Assembly: GCF_009914755.1 (NCBI RefSeq)
Contig: NC_060927.1
Strand: one strand, 5' to 3'
DNA length: 64,000 nt
DNA from: the human T2T-CHM13v2.0 reference genome, Homo sapiens
The first letter of the stretch is position 1, and each line of letters opens with the position of its first letter. Positions 59,560-64,000 of the stretch are shown one piece after another. Both the position numbers and the translations under genes were made by a program. The notes beneath the pieces are model-generated. The model saw nothing but the letters and a program-made list of their open reading frames with translations, did no database searches and was not told where the DNA came from.

Positions 59560-61310
59560 GAGAGCACAGCTAAGTCTACAGAAATGGGCAAGGTATCACC
59601 AGATAAAGAGAAAGGAAGAGGATATAATAGGAGGGTGGAGTGGCTTGAGCAGAAACATGGAAGCACACACAATGTAACGTATTAATGGTGCAGTGGCTGG
59701 AGTCCAGAGTTCAACTAAGTGAATAGGAAGAGATAAAGTTGAAAGTGCAGATATTATTTGGAGCCTCAAATATGAATCCAAGGAGTGTGGGCTTAATCCA
59801 AAAGGCAGTAATAACCCATTGAAGCTTTTTCAAAAGAGGAATTCCACATAGAGTAGATATTGAGTAAGTAATTGTGAAAAGATGAATGAATACATAGTAA
59901 ATATACTGTTTTAAGAAGAGTAATAGTTTGGGAAAGTTTGAATAGGAGGAGGAAGACTATTGGTTTTGGCTGTAGAGTATCAAGAGTCTGAGAGCGGTTC
60001 ATAGGATCTGAGTTAGGTCACATGATAGCAGTGGGACTCCAAAAGGAGAGATTGATAGAAAGGAAGAATTAACAGGATTTGAAGACTAATTAGATATGGA
60101 GGAAAGGAAGAGAGAGGAACCAAAAATGACTCTGCATTTCCAGCCTGGATAATTTATAAATGATGGTTGCAATTTACAGTTTTCCCGTATGCAAAATGAG
60201 GAAAATAAGAGTATTTTATAGTAAGCATGTCTCTATTATTATTGTTATGTACATAAAATGTCTAACATGGTACTTGAATGTTTAATTTCCAATAAATAAT
60301 TGTTATTTTAATATTGTTATTTTCATCATTAATATTAATTCACAATCCTGAGATCCAAACAATTCTGAAAGTCTTTTGCTTCTTTGTTTGGTTGGGTTTT
60401 TTTGCTGTGTTGTTTTGTTTTGTTTTGTTTTTTGATAACACATGCAGTGATCTGACCTGGAGTCTTTTGGTAGTAAAATCTTACCCAAACTGACTGAGAA
60501 CCTTTGTTTACTGTCTAAATAACCATATGTTTTGCTCTCCAAATATTAGCATATTTATGAAAAGATATTTGGTTTAACCTCCTGACCTATATTTGCCTAT
60601 TTATCTGTCTCAATTCCTTGGCATATTTGTCGGTATGACAGTAGCTCAATCAAAGGGACAAATTTGGATGCTGACTGAGATTCTCTTGGGAGTGTTAAAA
60701 ACATATGGTATATATAACATGTTACTCTTCTGATATTTGAAAACATCTAATTTCAAATTACATCCAGCTTGAGAGTTTTGGATAAAAGGTGATGGATCGT
60801 ATTACTGTTGATTGAAAAAGGAAAATAGAGACAACTACTTTGAGGAGACAAATAGTTGATGAGAGATATGTTGAGTTTGAGGTAATGAGAGCACAGAAGT
60901 GAAACTATTTTCTAGGTGATTGGTGATACCTGATTGGATTTTCAAGCAAATAAGCAGGATACACATAGAAGTGAAATTTCAAGTCATGAGTAGGAATGAA
61001 ATCTCCTAGAAAGACAAGGGGAAGGCAATGGGAAGAAAGCTGTAAGGGGATTATTGAAACAAGGTGTATGTATGCACCGCATGTAACAAAAAGCTCTGGC
61101 TAAGCTATCAAAAAGCCGGTGTTTAGTAGGGTTGAAGCTGAGTCTGTAAGAATAGGTTGAGATGGAAAAGAAGCAGGAGAGTGCCATACTTGCCAAGGAA
61201 AGAACTAACTTTAAGAAGGAGCAGTCGATTACTAGAATCAAGTGCTACAGAGAGGTCAGAGAAAAGGAGAACAATCATAGCAGCAAACAGATTGGATTTG
61301 TTAATTTTGG
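59560..61310 (+). mobile_element. L2 LINE remnants (fragmented)
   Basis: AGGAAGAATTAACAGGATTTG..; ATGTTGAGTTTGAGGT. Confidence 0.55.
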
Positions 61311-61915
61311 ATGCTCAATGGTAATGAGATGGTATCAGAGAGGTAAGAACAGAGGACTTAAGCGGGGAACCATAGCAGTCTAACTGGATTTCATTACTTC
61401 TTGAGTATACTCGTTCCTGGTTGATTCAAGAACACAAGAGTCAAAGAATCACAAAACTTATAGCTAAATCTAATCATATATTCTATCCCTCTTGTTTGTA
61501 GTTAAGAAGGCTGATGCCTCCAAAGTGGTTAAGATTCTGGTAACAGTCACATAATGAGTTCATGGCAGAGTTAAGACTAGAACATGAATATTGACATTCC
61601 CAATTACGTGCTTTTTCTTCTCTGTACTAGGCATCAAAGCAGTGCGCTCATCTAAGGGTTCTGTTTGAATGACACCTTTAGGTATTACTGCAGCCCCCCT
61701 TAGTACAGAAACAAAATACTCCTCCACCAGTTTAAGAATAAAAAGTCTTATTAAAAAGCCTTTTCTTTATACTAGTATGCCTCTCACACCATTGGGATTT
61801 TATGAGGAATTGAAAACTTTACACATCCATATATTATAACTTTCAGTGAACCCAATAAAATGTTCCTTTGTATCAATATCCATGATTCTGTCCAGAAACT
61901 CTTTCAGTAGTTTAA

Positions 61916-62362
<447 letters not shown>

Positions 62363-62566
62363 TAGTATATGTTCAATAAATGCTTGTTGAATGAACAAAT
62401 AGGTGAATAAATGAATGAATTAGTGGAACGTTCAGTAAGCCTCCTTGAGAAACAGTGGGAAGATAAGGTATTTGGCTCAATCTCCTGACATAGTTAGCTT
62501 GTGCTTGCTTTTCCGACTCATGTCTAACAGAAATAGCCCTCAGCATATTTGCAAACACAACAGTAA

Positions 62567-62625
62567 CCTCAATCAAAGGGAAAACACTTGGATTACCCTC
62601 AATCAAAGGGAAAACACTTGGATTA
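62567..62625 (+). repeat. Tandem duplication, period 30 (29 bp identical)
   Basis: CCTCAATCAAAGGGAAAACACTTGGATTA twice. Confidence 0.95.
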
Positions 62626-64000
62626 TCTCTCAGAATTATTGCTAACAAGTTTTACTTATTTGGATGCCAGTGACCCTTACTAAAGACTTGAGACTTGGAA
62701 AAGAGGTCACGGAGGTGGTAGGGGAATGTGTTGACCCTGGCCCTCTAATATTCTGATTATATGTTTCTTGCTGCTCAGTCAGTTGCTTTTGGGGCTTTTT
62801 ATTTTGTTTGAAATGCATCCTAGAGGGCAAAAAGATGTACCAGAAATTCCAGCCTTATTTGGAAGGGCCCTGTAGAAAGTGGCTTATCAATACTTAGCAC
62901 TTTTCCACATGTACTACACAAGTATGCCTTATTTCAGGAAATTTGCAAAGCGGTAATCATATATTTCACCCTGTATTATAATAATATATTTTTCTCTTTC
63001 CTGAGTGTGATGTGCTGTCAACTATTTAGCATCTAATGTCACAAATTTCCAGCACTGCCAGATTAGAATGCCTCAAAGGCCTAATGACTCCTAAGTGGCT
63101 CACCGTCAGCTCGGTACAGCTAAGCAATTCCCATGCTGCTCAGGAGTCATGTATTATGCTGGCAGGCTGCCTCACTGGTGAGTTACCTTGAGACAAAAGT
63201 GTTGTCAACAGTGGAACAGTCAGTTTTTCCTTAAAGCCCTTTATTCACTCCTCTCCCCCAACTAGGTATAGCCGTATTTCTAGAGCAGCAATCACAAAGT
63301 ACACCTAGTGATTTTATCAGGATTTCTGGCTAAATTAACTTAAACAGCGACACGAGTGGAAATATACCTCCCTGGCTTCCCTGCCAGCCTACCCTGAGAA
63401 CATTCTGGCTTAATTTCTCTCTTTAACAAGACCAAGAAGACAGTCTTTTGCGTCTCCATGAGAAAAGTATTTACATATTCAGAAATCAGCTTGGCAAACC
63501 AGAGCTAAGAGTATGGGGAATAAACATTGTCTCTGTTCTTTTTTTCCTCTCAAAGTTGAGAATTAAATTCTTGAATATGATAAGAGCTAAAAGTTGGCAA
63601 AAGAGAGATGGCAACAGTGATGTGACATCTGTCAAAAAGTGTTGATCAGCGGAGGCCTCTCTGCCTACCTTGTGCACCCTTGGGCTCTCAGGTCCTTGAC
63701 AGGTGTTTCCCTTTTTCCGCCTTCCTTTCCCTGGACTGGCTTCCTGGGCTTGATAGGGGCAGATGCAAGCATTCCACAGCTTGCATTGCCTCATTTAAAA
63801 TGCACGGTGGGTAGAAATTAAAATTAAAATGAGTTCTTTTTTAAGCAAAAATGTCACCATTCTCTTTCAAAGATGATAACCTGAGTAATGACTATCAAGA
63901 GAAAAGATTGGTGTCAAATTATGAGGCTGTGCTTAGTGGGCTTATGATTTATGTATAGGAATACATCATTTTTTGACAAAGAGCAAGATGAGGTTGAAAT

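Overview
Human (primate) genomic DNA containing the 3' part of NSUN3, the mitochondrial tRNA-Met C34 m5C methyltransferase, on the + strand. Four coding exons are present (556-899, 10591-10745, 11484-11605, 42696-42975; exons 3-6 by my recall of the gene model). All have GT-AG boundaries and join in frame, carrying SAM-binding motif I ([10 protein letters not shown]), motif IV (DAPCS) and motif VI (YSTCT). A long Alu/L1-containing 3' UTR probably runs to the AATAAA at 48295, followed by ~15 kb of repeat-rich intergenic DNA. The rest is interspersed repeats (about 27 Alus, L1, L2, MIR, ERV/MaLR LTRs, MER/Tigger transposons); repeat subfamily names are from recognition, not from a search. I found no new protein-coding system. 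The unusual signals are structural: two near-perfect inverted copies of local sequence (113 bp and 151 bp) pasted 1-1.5 kb away at apparent deletion junctions, a 51-bp displaced direct duplication fused to a perfect palindrome, a 30-bp self-complementary VNTR packed with GATA sites, a probable L1 3' transduction, a tail-to-tail Alu pair 15 nt apart, and inverted Alus around exons 4-5 and in the 3' UTR.
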